From the NCBI RefSeq assembly GCF_006345805.1, contig NW_021832747.1, positions 1 through 31,915 on the forward strand: a stretch of DNA of 31,915 nucleotides, read 5' to 3'. The translations under genes and the position numbers were made by a program. The DNA is from Octopus sinensis. Its lineage: Eukaryota. Below are positions 1-11,183 of this stretch, piece after piece. The stretch's first letter is position 1; each line of letters starts with the position of its first letter. The notes under the pieces were generated by a model, which was given only the letters and a program-made list of their open reading frames with translations, ran no database searches and was not told where the DNA came from.

Positions 1-23
1 GGGAACATGAGGAAACAATGTTG

Positions 24-199
24 GCGTAGGAGTGGCTGTGTGGTAAGTAGATTGTTTACTAACCACATTGTTCCGGGTTCAGTTCCACTGCATGGCACCT
101 TGAGCAAGTGTCTTCTACTATGGCCTCGGGGCGACCAAAGCCTTGTGAGTGGATTTGGTAGACGGAAACTAAAATAAGCCTGTCATATATTTGTATATG

Positions 200-242
<43 letters not shown>

Positions 243-315
243 TTGTGTGTCTGTGTTTGTCACCCCAACATCGTTTGACAACCGATGCTGGTGTGTTTAC
301 GTTCCCGTAACTTAG
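24..315 (+). mobile_element. tRNA-derived SINE, family A, 3'-truncated at a junction with an RTE remnant
   Basis: A-box-like TGGCTGTGTGG, B-box-like GGTTCAGTTCC, CORE-like CACCTTGAGCAAGTG, internal (TA)/(TG) tract; homologous to copies at 7901, 14417, 16095 and 19145. Confidence 0.85.
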
Positions 316-1318
316 AAGAGGGAAGGGTGCCAAAACAGATTTTTAATGCGGAGTTGACCAGAAGGAGAAAACCGCAGGATAAACCAAGGAAAGAATTTAA
401 GGGTGTTACAAAAGGCTATCTTAAAGCTTTGGCGATAGGTGTGGCTAAATGGAAGGCATTGGCTGAAAACCGTGAATCACGAAGAAAGATTGTCAAGAAC
501 TGGTATGAAGTCTACGAGCAAGAAAAAATGTCACCCACTTCTTTGAAAGGATAATCCTTAAACAAGATTCAAGTAGAGTGCCTGCAGAAATCTACCTGGA
601 ATTGAAGTGCAATGTGTGTAGACGATTAACTCTTTCAAGGAAATGGATCAGTCAACCACTTAAGTTTACATGATAGTGGTGGAAGCACTTCGTCGGTTAC
701 GACGACGAGGGTTCCGGTTGATCCGAATCAACGGAACAGCCTGCTCGTGAAATTAACGTGTAAGTGGCTGAGCACTCCACAGACACGTGCACCCTTAACG
801 TAGTTCTCGCGGATATTCAGTGTGACACAGAGAGTGACAAGGCCGGCCCTTTGAAATACAGGTACAACAGAAACAGGAAGTAAGAGTGAGAGAAAGTTGT
901 GGTGAAAGAGTACAGCAGGGATCACCACGATCCCCTGCCGGAGCCTCGTGGAGCTATAGGTGTTTTCGCTCAATAAACACTCACAACGCCCGGTCTGGGA
1001 ATCGAAACCGCGATCCTATGACCGCGAGTCCGCTGCCCTAACCACTGGGCCATTGCGCCTCCACTTACATGATAGTACAGCCACCACGTCCGTCGGAACA
1101 CATTTGTAACAGGTTTAGCTTAATTTGCAAGTCAGCTGGTAGTCTGGCCAGGCATGAGGCCAAAACTGAGCCGGTTATGCCAGAGACAGAGGATCAAGTG
1201 TTACATATGTGAACATACTAGTAGAACAGAAGTTAGGTTGAAGAGCCTGCATACAGTTGTGCATAGTTCAAATGAAAGAATGGCACTCTTCTGACAAGGA
1301 GGAGCAATCAACACACAC
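316..1318 (+). mobile_element. RTE-clade LINE 3' remnant (post-RT C-terminus plus degenerate C2H2 fingers), interrupted by a SINE
   Basis: ORF 285-554 reads RVPKQIFNAELTRRRKPQDKPRKEFK...WKALAENRESRRKIV, matching the RTE C-terminal pattern RLPKQILYGEL..G.R..G.P.KR.KD...WE.LA.DR..WR; followed by CX2C/HX3H motifs at 608-671, 1105-1155 and 1199-1264. Confidence 0.8.
678..1064 (-). mobile_element. Full-length tRNA-derived SINE, family C2, with 12-bp TSD
   Basis: Minus-strand head GTGGAGGCGCAATGGCCCAGTGG...GGTTTCGATTCCC (A and B boxes); perfect TSD TTACATGATAGT at 666-677 and 1065-1076. Confidence 0.92.
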
Positions 1319-1444
1319 AAGCGTGCACTCATACATACGTGCATGCGATCACACCCGCACGCACTCACACACGTACACGCACGCACACATTCACATATAT
1401 ATGTGTATGTAAAAAGTATATCCATTAGCATTATTTATGCAGAG

Positions 1445-1670
1445 TATATATTTGTTGTGTGTCTGTGCTTGTCCCCCCCCCAACACACATCGCTTGACAG
1501 CCGATGCTGGCGTGTTCGCATCCCCATAACTTAGCTGTTCGGCAAAAGTGAATGATAGAATAAGTACTAGGCTTCCAAAGAATAAGCACTGGGGTTGATT
1601 TGCTCGACTAAAGGCGGTACTCCAGCATGGTCGCAGTCAAATGACTGAAACAAGTAAAAGAATAAAAGAA
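1445..1670 (+). mobile_element. SINE family A, 3' half
   Basis: CATCGCTTGACAGCCGATGCTGG...ATGACTGAAACAAGTAAAAGAATAAAAGAA tail shared with the other A copies. Confidence 0.85.
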
Positions 1671-1704
1671 CATATATATATGTGTATGTGTGTGTGTGTG
1701 TATT

Positions 1705-1830
1705 CGAAGGGCTTCTTTCAGTTTCTGTCTCTCAAATCCACTCACAAGGCTTTGGTCCGCCCCGAGGCTATAGTAATATACATTTGCCCAAGGTGCCACA
1801 CAGTGGGACTGAACCAGGAACTATCACATG
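1705..1830 (-). mobile_element. SINE family A, 5'/core fragment
   Basis: Reverse complement of the A core (GGGCTTCTTTCAGTTTC...TTGCCCAAGGTGCCAC..AGTGGGACTGAACC). Confidence 0.8.
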
Positions 1831-1896
1831 AATGCGTACATAAACATACACACGTACATACATACATAGATATATATATACGTATATATATAAATA

Positions 1897-2016
1897 TGTC
1901 CAGGATAGGACTACACAGCCACAGCAGGAAATGTATCAGGACATGAAATGTAAAAGCCGGACTGGACTATTTTATGCGCAACTCCATTGTCTCCCGAGAC
2001 AAAAGGATGCCCACAA
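1897..2016 (+). mobile_element. Short 3' end of a second RTE-type LINE
   Basis: Translates SRIGLHSHSRKC* (RTE terminal zinc-finger tail) and ends CCATTGTCTCCCGAGACAAAAGGATGCC, an RTE-like 3' UTR end; both flanks are TA-rich repeats. Confidence 0.7.
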
Positions 2017-2375
2017 TATATATATATATATAGATATATATATATATATATAATATACATACATACATACATACATACATACATACACACACATACATGT
2101 ATGCATACATAAACACAGACACACGTATACATTAACACAAACACATACATGCGTGTGTGTGCATGCGTGTGTGTGTGTAGAAAGACACTGTGTGTGTGAC
2201 ACTCTTCCAAAGATCGGGTTTAGCTGTGGGTTTCACACGTCATTCCTGTATCCAGTGTTGTGCGACGTGGGTCATCAGCTTCGGTATAGGCCAGAGTGCG
2301 GAATGAGAGCCAAATAATAGAAATTATATACTTTCACAGAAAACAGGTATGGTATTCAATGCCTTGTTTTTACAA

Positions 2376-2603
2376 GGCGGCGAGCTGGCAGAAACGTTAG
2401 CAGGCTGGGCGAAATGCTTAGCAGTATTTCGTCTGCCGCTACGTTCTGAGTTCAAATTCCGCCGAGGTCGACTTTGCCATTCATCCTTTCGGGGTCGATT
2501 AAATAAGTACCAGTTACGCACTGGGGTCGATATAATCGACTTAATCCGTTTTTCTGTCCTTTGTTCTCTCTGTGTTCAGCCCCTTGTGGGTAGTAAAGAA
2601 ATA
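2376..2603 (+). mobile_element. SINE family B (tail type B1)
   Basis: GGCGGCGAGCTGGCAGAAACG head, B-box GAGTTCAAATTCC, core GAGGTCGACTTTGCC.TTCATCCTTTCGGGGTCGAT; flanking 15-bp direct repeat GGTATTCAATGCCTT at 2351-2365 and 2604-2618 (left copy sits 10 nt from the head). Confidence 0.9.
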
Positions 2604-3229
2604 GGTATTCAATGCCTTTATTGAAAAATGCAGTGGACAAAAGAAAAAAAAAGACAATACAGGAGTGATATGTTTTAACATTTATGGAATTCGATCAGCG
2701 CTTAAAGAGAACAGGGAAAAGTTTCAGGTTATGAACCTTATGTGTACAGTAGTAATAAAGACAGGTGATTCAAATGAACGTACGTGGCGGTAATGCGCAC
2801 TGTTTCGTTGCATGGAATACCTTTGCACCAGCACAAATTTTTACAGAGAAATAGTAGAGTTGGTATAAGTTCAAATGATGATAAGTGGTTTGCAAGCATA
2901 GAAATTGTCTAAAACAAGATGCCAACAGACGAATAAAGGTTTGCATGCGTACATATGCTAAAATTATACTTCATGCATACACATGCATACGCACACATAT
3001 GTATGTGTGTAGATGTGTGTGTGTGTGTGTGCGTTTTTGTGTTTGTGTGTGTGTGTGTTTGTGTGTGTGTGTTCATGTGTGTATTCATACCAATGTGGGT
3101 ATAAAGTTGAATTATATGTCTACCAATATGTAGGTGAGATATATTCAGCTTCAGCATATACGCTAATGTGTGTGTTCGCGCGTGTATACATATGTGTGTG
3201 TGTGTGCATGTGTGGTGTGTATATATATA

Positions 3230-3275
<46 letters not shown>

Positions 3276-3496
3276 AATATAAGTATGTGTGTGGACACAC
3301 ACACGCATATATATATATATAACATATATATATATTACACAACATTATATATATATATATTAATTTATACACATTCATATATGTATATTTATCTATGTAT
3401 TTATCTATCTGTATGTATGTGTAGGTATTTCGATATGTACACATGTGCATTTTAGATATTATATATAGTTACACCACACCACACACACACATTTAA

Positions 3497-3531
<35 letters not shown>

Positions 3532-4001
3532 ATATATCTATATATATATATATATAATTATACATACATACATAACTTTCTGTTATACATAACTTTCTGT
3601 AAGTATGCGTGTGGTCACTTCAAAAGAAGGAACAATTTTATGTCCCAGTTTTTACGACTTTCTTCACCGCGGTCAAAGTAGCGCAAGTGTCTGATATTGA
3701 GACCACATACGACTAACACCGAGAAGGAAATTGAAAAATAAAAGAATAGCAAACTGACCACAGTCCGGTCTTTGTGTGTTAGTAACCAATATAGACGAAG
3801 TCGGAAACACCTTCAAATAGACTAGTTCCTTCCGATTTGATTAGCAATTCCCGTGAAATGTATAAAGCAGCTATTTAAAACACGTACACACATGGCGCGC
3901 ACGTACGACTCACACACACACGTTTACACAGATTCAGACGCAAATACACACATATAAATACATACACACACGCATGTGCATAAGTGTGTGTATATGTGTT
4001 A

Positions 4002-4039
<38 letters not shown>

Positions 4040-4306
4040 TCATACATACACACACTTCTATGTATATATATGTGTGTATATAAATATAATTGTACATATG
4101 TGTGTGCGTGTATATACAGATATACGCACCTGCGAAGCCACTGAAATATATTTATATGGCTGTACGGTTAAGGTTTTCGCCCGGAATCTGTCACTCTGTG
4201 TTCGATTCCAAAGCCTAGTGGTACTTTAGGTAAATGATTCCGAACATAATAAGAGATCACTGGTTTTGACTGAAATGTCGCTGCGAAATCTTATCACATA
4301 TACTTA

Positions 4307-4629
4307 AAGACTCCGCCGGTTACGACGATGAGGGTCCCAGCTGATACGATCAACGGAACAGCTTGCTCGTGAAATTAACGTGCAAATGGCTGAGCATTCC
4401 ACAGACACGTGTACCTTAACGTAGTTCTCGGGATAATCAGCGTCGTGACAAGAGAGTGACAAGGCTGACCCTTTGAAATACAAGTACAACTCATTTTTGC
4501 CAGCTGAGTGGACTGGAGCAACGTGAAATAAAGTGTCTTGCTCAAGGACACAACGCGTCGCCGGGAATCGAACTCACAACCTTACGATCATGAGCCGAAT
4601 GCCCTAACCACTAAGCCACGCGCCCTCAC
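4307..4629 (-). mobile_element. Full-length tRNA-derived SINE, family C1, with 12-bp TSD
   Basis: Minus-strand A box TGGCTTAGTGG, B box GTTCGATTCC, CORE-like GTGTCCTTGAGCAAGACAC; perfect TSD CACATATACTTA at 4295-4306 and 4630-4641. Confidence 0.92.
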
Positions 4630-4674
4630 CACATATACTTACACACACACACACACACACACACTTACACACGC

Positions 4675-4850
4675 CATTTCTGCACCTTTGTTGTGAATCA
4701 TTATAATTTGTCCGTGACTTCCATCAACCTATCTTCTGTTCTGAACGTTGCTCGAAACGTTAAACCATCATTCTCTTCTTCCCTGAGAGTCTGCTAATAC
4801 TTTACATCTACCACGCCGTCGATTTTATTTAACAAAAATCTCTAAATTCG
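4675..4850 (+). mobile_element. Degenerate Penelope-like terminal-repeat fragment
   Basis: GCTCGAAACGTTAAACC (4750-4766) is identical to the minus-strand copy near 16925, and homology continues downstream (CTTCTT.CCTGAG.GTC...TAATAC); boundaries approximate. Confidence 0.5.
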
Positions 4851-5169
4851 AGACAATTATAGAAATTCATAGAAAGGGAACAACGTATCATATGAGCAAC
4901 GGTACACAATGGCTTCTTTATCTTTTCGATTCTGCGCAGATTTAAATGCAAAGTTCATCCTGGCCTAATGTGAACTTCGAAGAAAGAATGCGGGAACATC
5001 TACCTACTACTAGACATTTTCAACGCTCAGATGTTTTTGTTATGCAATGAATATATAAAATATCTCAACATACATGTATCTCGACTCAAAATTTGGTATT
5101 TGTTAAATAGTATGCATATTATAGAAATATGCTTACATACATGCACACATACAGGCGCACAAGTATATG

Positions 5170-5201
<32 letters not shown>

Positions 5202-5402
5202 TATGTATGTATGTATGTATGTATGTATGTATGTATGTATGTATGCTTACAACTATAAGAATGTCTATGTGAAAATAGAAATCGAAGAATTGGAAGTCGG
5301 GCCTGCAACTATGCTTTCGAGATACCATTAATGCCAGCAAAATTCAGCACTCCTCTTTTGTAATATATGTATACATATATTTCCGATTTTCTGTTTGTAA
5401 TT

Positions 5403-5435
<33 letters not shown>

Positions 5436-5494
5436 TAGTATATATATATATATATATACCTTTGTCCAGCTAACTGCCATGATTAACCGCTAGC

Positions 5495-5655
5495 TGCAAT
5501 TTTTTTTTAATTCTCTCAATCTGTTTATTTCCTCGTGTTCCTTTCTGTTGAAGAGTGTAGGCTCGAAACGTAAAAGACTTTCTCACCTTCCTGACCGTTA
5601 AACTAATACACCTGTCTTCGTCCTTTGTTTTTCTGTAAATTTCAGCTACATATAT
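5495..5655 (+). mobile_element. Penelope-like terminal-repeat fragment carrying a hammerhead-like motif
   Basis: CTGTTGAAGAGTGTAGGCTCGAAACGTAAAAG; homologous to the 4675 and 16828 copies; abuts TA repeats; boundaries approximate. Confidence 0.55.
5541..5576 (+). ncRNA. Minimal type I hammerhead-ribozyme-like motif with atypical core
   Basis: CUUU-CUGUUGA-A-GAGU(GUAG)GCUC-GAA-ACGU-A-AAAG: 4-bp stem I, 4-bp stem II, palindromic ACGU stem III; A6 replaced by U. Confidence 0.45.
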
Positions 5656-5819
5656 AGCACTGCCTTCAAGAGATTTTAGCGAAGGAATCAGCATAAGGAT
5701 TTCATTCTTATTATTGCAGCCATGCACATATTCTATCGGTCTCTTTTGACGCTAGTTTTCGAAGACGTAAACAAACAAAACGTTTGAATGGGGACAGACT
5801 CGTTTGCGTGCGCATACAA

Positions 5820-5949
5820 CAGGCTTCTTTCAGTTGCCGTCAGTCAAATTCCCTCATAAAGCCCGAGGTTATAATGTAAAGCAATTGCAAGTATTGGGAC
5901 TGAACTTGCAACCGTGTTCTTGGAAAGCAAACGTCTTACTACACAGCTA
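5820..5949 (-). mobile_element. Old degenerate SINE family A 5' fragment
   Basis: GGCTTCTTTCAGTT.CCGTC...GGGACTGAAC...TTGGAAAGCAA.C.TCTTAC.ACACAGC, a diverged reverse complement of the A head and core. Confidence 0.6.
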
Positions 5950-6440
5950 ATCCTCGACTCCTATACACACAAATATACACACACGCAATTATTTATACGT
6001 ATGCATGTATATGTGTGTGTATGCCTACGCATTATACACGTATTATATATACGTAAATATATATATTTAAATATATGTATATGTGTATGTATTAACAGTA
6101 CATATATGTGTATTGATATATCCATAATTATACATATGTATTTTAATCTACAAATACAGATATATGTACACACCCCTTTATATACATTCATAAATGCACA
6201 CGGACACACATACACAAGTATATTTATGTGTGTACATATATGTATATATATATATATATATATAGATATATATTATATGTGTTGGGTGTGTGTGTGTACC
6301 TAATGTATATATGCGTGTGTATATATATATTTATTTATATATATATACGTATATATGTATGTATATATGCATATATATAATATAACTATATATATTATAT
6401 ATAATGTATGTACGTATATTATATTCATATATATACATAC

Positions 6441-6489
<49 letters not shown>

Positions 6490-6869
6490 TATATATATAT
6501 ATATATATAATGCATGTAGGTATGTATGTAATGTATGTATATGATGTATGTATGTATGTATGTATGTATGAATGCATCCATATGTATACAAATATACACA
6601 TATACATGTAATTCGTTCCAGAACAGTTTGATCAGATATGGCTCCTATGTCATACATAAACTATCAACATTTTAATTCGTTCAGTAGTTTTTGTACGACT
6701 AAAGCAGAGAAAATCAACTAAGGAAAAGTTTGGCAAGCGATTAAATATAATAAGAAAAATCTACAAATTATATCTCGAAAGCTTCAAGCAATATATTCTC
6801 TTAGATTTGACATTCTTATTTCCAACAAACGGTTTGGTGAGGGTAGGAGCTTCTCTTGATGTTACTGGT

Positions 6870-7210
6870 GGTGGTCTTGTTGTCGTTGGTGTCGCCGTCA
6901 TTGTTTTTGTTGTTGCTGTTGGTGTTGTTGTTGATATGGGGGATGAGTGGGCTTAAAATAAGATTATTGTTGTTGTTGTTGTTGTTGTTTTTCATATTGC
7001 TTCGTCTTATAATAAATATATTTGACGGGTTTTGCTTCGGCTGTTTGATTTGCTTTGTCGTAATTTTTGTTTGGCTTCCTTCCCTTTTTTCTTTCTTTTT
7101 TTTTTTGTGGGGAGTTCCTTTTTGCTTTTGGTTTGGGGTTGTTTTCTTTGTTGTTGTTATTGCTATTGTTGTTGTTGATGTTGTTGTTGGTGTTGTTGTT
7201 GTTGTTCCTG
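6870..7210. repeat. (GTT)n-rich / T-rich low-complexity tract
   Basis: Repeated TTG runs read directly; explains the hydrophobic ORF 6856-7248. Confidence 0.85.
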
Positions 7211-7259
7211 TAATTTCTCTTGACTGCTATCGTGTATCTGAATCATAATATTATTTCTA

Positions 7260-7298
7260 CATACATAATTATACATATATATACACATACCTGCATAC

Positions 7299-7378
<80 letters not shown>

Positions 7379-7417
7379 TATATACATATATATATATATA
7401 TACATACATATATATAC

Positions 7418-7473
<56 letters not shown>

Positions 7474-7480
7474 GGTGTAT

Positions 7481-7517
<37 letters not shown>

Positions 7518-7570
7518 TATATAATACACGCACGCACACTCACATATGTGTGTGTGTGTATATGTATGTA
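7260..7570. repeat. Compound (TA)n/(TACA)n/(CA)n microsatellite
   Basis: Direct reading. Confidence 0.95.
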
Positions 7571-7900
7571 TATACATGCATGTGTGGAAAGCGGGAAAGG
7601 GAGAAAGAGAGAGAGAAAGGGATTAGTATATACGTTTGGATGTATAGGTGTGTGTGAGTGTGGACATGGGTGTAAGAGAGTGAAGATTGTCTGTAAAGCA
7701 ACGTGGTGGAAATACAAACATGACAAACTTCTCCGTATATTGAAAAAATGATGAACAGGCTTAATCGATTTTCTGTCTATGTACGTATGAATGTTCCACA
7801 TATGTATGTGTGTGTGTTAAATATACGTTTATATAAATTAAAAGTAAACTTGTAGATTTTTATCTCATTATAACTAATGTATATATATATTATATATATA

Positions 7901-8272
7901 GCGCAGGAGTGGCTGTGTGGTAAGTAGCTTGCTTACCAACCACATGGTTCCGGGTTCAGTCCCACTGCGTGGCACCTTGGACAAGTGTCTTCTACTATAT
8001 CCTCGGGCCGACTAAATATTTGTGAGTGGATTTGGTAGACGGAAACTGAAAGAAGCCCGTCGTATATATGTATATATATATATATATACATATATTTATG
8101 TGTGTTCGTGTGTCTGTGTTTGTCCACCCAACATCGCTTGACAACCGATGCTGGTGTGTTTATGTACCTGTATCTTAGCGGTTCGGCAAAAGTGCCCGAT
8201 AGAATAAGTACTAAAAGCGGTGCTCCAGCATGGCCACAGTTAAATGACTGAAACAAGTAAAAGATTAAAAGA
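7901..8272 (+). mobile_element. Near full-length SINE family A with an internal tail deletion
   Basis: Complete head GCGCAGGAGTGGCTGTGTGGTAAG through tail ATGACTGAAACAAGTAAAAG; lacks the ~40-nt segment between AAGTACT and AAAGCGG present in other copies. Confidence 0.9.
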
Positions 8273-8574
8273 GAGAGAGTACGAAATAAATCCTATTCGG
8301 CTGTTGCTTCCAACTAAGAATATTTCCAAAAGCATGCTTTGATAGAATTTGCCTAATTATTATTCCATTAAGCTAGGATGACGAAAATTTCCAAAGGTTT
8401 CACTTACTAATACCAGTAAATAAGACTTTTGAACACAATTGAAACAGGATTAATGGTAACGTGGATTAAAGGGTCTTATTGTATGACTTTCCTTGTGCAT
8501 TGTGCTTAGTTTTCCTGTATAAAGCATTTTCACATAATCACTCACTTTCTCATTTTATCTTCCTTTCTATCACA

Positions 8575-8575
8575 G

Positions 8576-8656
<81 letters not shown>

Positions 8657-8683
8657 GTCTGTCTATCTATCTATCTATCTATC
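8575..8683. repeat. (TATC)n microsatellite
   Basis: Direct reading. Confidence 0.95.
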
Positions 8684-8865
8684 AATATATATATATATAT
8701 ATTTAATATATATTAAATTCATATAATATATATATATAGATATATAAACACATGTATGCTTATCTACCTTTCTCTCTATCTATTTATCTCTTTACACGTA
8801 CGCACGCACACATTGTATTTTTAAAATTTTGATATATATTTAAAATAATATAAAGTATGTAATCT

Positions 8866-8932
8866 TATGTATTGGCTTAAGTCCTTTCTTGTATGATTTG
8901 CCTATTAGTGGGTTTTAGCTCTAATTTAATAT
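8866..8932 (+). repeat. Diverged copy of the arm of the 30205-30518 inverted-repeat element
   Basis: TATGTATTGGCTTA...TGATTTGCCTA.TAGTGG.TTTTA.CTCTAATTTAATAT matches 30452-30517. Confidence 0.75.
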
Positions 8933-9502
8933 CATATATATATATAATATAGTACATATATATTCAAAATAAGCAACAAGGATATTCCAAGGATATCCTG
9001 TTTTACTTATTTGATTATAATCACCCCATTTCGATTTTATTCGGATAATACCATACCAAATTCTGGTGCCATTAACTTAAGTACCATATTCAACTGAATC
9101 TAAATTTTTACTGAACTTATATATATATATATATATATATCTTATTATATATATGGGCTGTAAGTTTACACGTATACACACATATACGAAATCCAGAATA
9201 ATTAGAGTATGAATCCCCTTCATGACCACTTAGTCAGAGAAAGAATCGTTGCAGCCACACCCTTTTTTTTTTTCAAGGTTTCTGTACAGCTGGGATGAAG
9301 AGGGGAAGTTGTCTTAGAAATGGAAACACGACTTCAATGTTTTCATAGTGAAATCCACAAAAGTTACCCAAGGACTGAGTGAGGGTTTTAAATCAAGCGT
9401 CATTGCGCCGCCCAAAAACGCCGTGATAGGAATTGAACACAAAACAAACAAGGAAATAACAGCAAATACTGCAAAGCATCCCGTCTAAAATTTTTATCAG
9501 CT

Positions 9503-9919
9503 CTTATTTCTTTATTGCCCACAAGGGGCTAGACACAGAGGGGACAAACAAGGATTGACACAAGGATTAATTGGATTATATCGACCCCAGCGCACAACTG
9601 GTACTTAATTTATCGAGCACGAAAGGATGAAAGGCAAAGTCGACCTCGCCGGAATTTGAACTCAGAACGTAACGGCAGACGAAATACCTATTTCTTTACT
9701 ACGCACAAGGGGCTAAACACAGAGAGGACAAACAATGACAGACAAACGGGTTAAGTCGATTACGTCGACTCCAGTGCATAACTAGTATTTATTTAATCGA
9801 CCCCGAAAGGATGAAAGGCAAAGTCAACCTCGGCGGAATTTGAACTCAGAACGTAACGGCAGACGAAATACGGCTACGCATTTCGCCCGGCGTGCTAACA
9901 TTTCCGCCAACTCGCCGCC
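9503..9919 (-). mobile_element. Tandem dimer of SINE family B with one flanking TSD
   Basis: Full unit 9688-9919 fused to a 5'-truncated unit 9503-9687; diverged 19-bp TSD TAAAA(T/C)TTTTAT(C/T)AGCTCT at 9486-9504 and 9921-9939. Confidence 0.88.
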
Positions 9920-10889
9920 TTAAAACTTTTATTAGCTCTACCAATCCATTGCTTTGAACTGGTAATTTATTCGATCAAATCCGAACAGATGATATGCAAA
10001 AATGCCTTAGGCAAGATTTGAAGAGTGCACAGCGAAGAGCAACAAATCCTATTGGGTGTTTTGTTCTACTCTCTAACGATTCTACCAATGCGCCACCTAG
10101 ACCATAAGGCTCTTCCAACACTGTTGATAAAGGATCAAATATTATTGCTGCCTTTATTGCATATAATAAATCTTTATTAAGCCGGGATGCTTTTCGCAAC
10201 ACCAGTGAATGCATTTTACTGTTCTTCCTACATACCAGAAGATATATAAGATATTTAGTTTTGGTAAGCAGTCGGCAGTGAGTACACATCACGGACAAGA
10301 CTCAATGTAGCCGAAATGGATCTAGCTTTTTCACTTTCCGCTGCGTCTCTCTTTCTCTCTCTCTCCGATATGTATTGTATTTTTTAAACACAGCACGTCT
10401 AAAAGAGATGTTATCTCTGAACGAATACAGCAATAAATTTGTCTTTCAACGATCTATTTACATCAAATATAATACATAGATGACTGTTATTACAAAGATA
10501 TATTTTGATAAGCAAAAGGCTTTATATTTTTAAAGAAGGGGAAAATGATTTTGTAGCGGGCATCCATATCCTAAATACTTAACATTAATGTGAAATGGCC
10601 TTATTTGGGACAGAAATGGTTCCTCGGCTATGTCCTACTGACATCTACGCCACTCAGTAGAATGACTGATAATGTTGAAAAGAAGGAGCTTCTAACAAGT
10701 CACTCGATCTGCTGGATAAAGCAGTCAAAACTCCTTTGAAATATACATTATTTTATGCAAGAAGGAACATATTGAATATTGGAGTTCATGATATACAGAA
10801 AAAACAAATAATGATAGTCACCATTGGAACAGATTTTACCTACAACAAGTCTGTCCGATCAAGATTACCCTGGGCCAATATAATAGAAT

Positions 10890-11144
10890 CTGGCAGAAAC
10901 GTTAGCACGCCGGGCGAAATGCGTAGCCGTATTTCGTCTACCGTTACGTTCTGAGTTCAAATTCCGCCGAGGTCGACTTTGCCTTTCATCCTTTCGGGGT
11001 CGATAAATTAAGTACCAGTTACGCAATGGGGTAGATATAATCGACTTAATCCGTTTGTCTGTCCTTGTTTGTCCCCTCTATGTTTACACCCCTGTGGGCA
11101 ATAAAAAAATTAAGTACCATTTGTGTACTGGGGTCGATCTAATC
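10890..11144 (+). mobile_element. SINE family B (tail B1) followed by a partial core duplicate
   Basis: Same head and core as 2376; after the A-rich tail the core segment TAAGTACCA...CTGGGGTCGATCTAATC recurs at 11111-11144. Confidence 0.88.
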
Positions 11145-11183
11145 TGTAGGACCAGAGCTGAAGGGACACTAAACATAAAACCC

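Noticed and set aside
2224-2283. Possible 60-nt plus-strand exon (LWVSHVIPVSSVVRRGSSAS)
   Set aside because: Weak acceptor and donor, no recognisable homology; expected by chance
4560-4629. tRNA-like sequences with A and B boxes (also ~995-1064, 7901-7975, ~22445-22516)
   Set aside because: They are SINE heads, contiguous with SINE bodies and TSDs; no complete cloverleaf with acceptor stem was seen
9975-10298. 107-aa minus-strand ORF in non-repetitive sequence, with nearby plus-strand splice-like signals
   Set aside because: No recognisable motif, the antisense frame is nearly as open, and splice signals do not delimit a coherent exon
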